A stretch of 64,000 bases of DNA from Takakia lepidozioides (lineage: Eukaryota; Plantae; Bryophyta), in assembly GCA_030704615.1 (NCBI GenBank), contig CM060731.1, forward strand, positions 91,884,001-91,948,000. Direction: 5' to 3'. Positions 62,615 to 64,000 of the stretch are shown here, piece by piece (position 1 is the stretch's first letter; each line of letters opens with the position of its first letter). Position numbers and translations under genes: made by a program. The notes under the pieces were generated by a model. It was not told the origin of the DNA. It ran no database searches and saw nothing but the letters and a program-made list of their open reading frames with translations.

Positions 62615-64000
62615 GCTTGGCTTGCGGGGCACAAGACAATGTCACGCCCATCTTTTTTGGAGTTTCAGTTATAGTAGAACTGTACTACTGCAAGTACCTC
62701 TAACTTTGGCTACAGAAAGGTTTGACTTATGTCTTGTCTACCAGTAATCTTTTTTGGTCAAACTAAGATAATACTATGCCATTACCTTCTGTTTCCACGT
62801 GCCTGGATTTTTGTTTTTTTTTTGGAATTCTTGTTTTTCTGCTTTCCCAAACTTTGCTTACCTCATTCGACCCCCGGCAAGAAAATGCGGCGCCGCATTT
62901 CCAAGTAACGTAGTAGGTACTGGTAGTTGCAGCCTTGGTCATAGTAAGATAATCGCACCGAGTCTTCAGGGCACCGACCGTCGAGAACACTGAACCCCTC
63001 AAAATTCTTGCACGTGCGAACCGTAATGCGGCACCGCATTTCCTAGTGGAGTGACAAACCTTTCCCGCAGAATGCAGGAAGAAGCAAGAATTTTCAAGCA
63101 CTGCAGAATGTGTTGTTGCATTGGGATCATACAATCGTGACAGAAGGGTCAGCTTCATTCCAATGTTAGGGCATATAAAACCGCGGAATACTCTATACAC
63201 GCCAGTATGCAGCGTCCTTTTGCTGTGGTATACTGAATTTCTCATTGCACGGTCAGTTTTTTCCATGAGCAAATTTACAAAACCATGAGCGAAATTGTTA
63301 CTCACGACATATCTTCGCCGCATTATAGGATCTGGAACTTCCAAAAACGACAATGTCAAATTAAAAACTATTATTTTAATACTTTTTTAATCTGCCGCAT
63401 TGCCAAATTTGGAGAAGTCCGCTCATGAAAACCGCGTGTCTTAGACTTCGGCTCACCGCTCATGCGGCTCATGGCTCATGGCTCATGGTTTCTGCTCATG
63501 AAATAGTAAACCTCTTAAGGAACAACGAATTGCGGATGAGAGAAGGAGGAAAGGAAAAGAACCAGTACTGTAAACCGGGGAATGCTCGAGGGTCGCCATT
63601 CAATCGGAGATGAACCCGATATTAGATGTCGACCGCGTTCCAAAAGAGCGGGACATTGCCATGGCAACTGCATGGCGCTTGTCCAAAACGTTGGAGATTC
63701 GGGCATGGGTCCCACTGAATGGCGATTGGGAGAATTGGGTATAATGGACGATCCATTTGGCCTCCAGAGAAGCACGGGTAGAGCGGGCACTGTCAGGCTT
63801 GCAACGTGTCGCACGCATGTCAAACCGTAACGTGGATAACATTTATGCCAACATGCAAAGGTATAACGATCTCCGCATCGCATCAAGCGTGTTCGCCGGA
63901 TATACCAATTGGGCAGATGTGGATTCTATGTTCGATCGATGTGAGCACAGAATTTCGGGGTCGAACAGAAGCATAAACTGGGAATTGGAGATAGAGGAAA

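Overview
Eukaryotic DNA from a non-seed land plant, probably a bryophyte (inferred from gene and TE types). Many small indels break otherwise intact ORFs and look like long-read consensus error. The first 5 kb holds the 5' part of a BEL1-like (TALE) homeobox gene on the minus strand. The rest is a nest of transposons. (1) A Mutator-like DNA transposon (11359-36132, 9-bp TSD) has a DDE/SWIM transposase that diverges from a spliced cargo gene encoding a ParB/Srx-like domain and an N6A/N4C-type DNA methyltransferase-like domain. Both large introns of that cargo gene carry clustered 22-bp palindromes. (2) A 13.2-kb conventional Ty3/Gypsy element is inserted into the cargo gene. (3) A family of unusual Ty3/Gypsy elements (complete copy 38564-50665, 4-bp TSD, plus several decayed copies) encodes gag-protease-C5 cytosine methyltransferase, then an in-frame UAG-CAA-CCA readthrough-type stop, then RT-RNaseH-integrase-PHD finger. 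It has a self-complementary primer site and circularly permuted LTRs (A...B-A-B). That layout is what integration of a 2-LTR circle cut at an internal palindrome would produce, and it is the best candidate here for an undescribed system. (4) Also present are a non-autonomous CACTA element, a 3' fragment of an RLE-type LINE, and a second MULE derivative full of palindromic tandem repeats.
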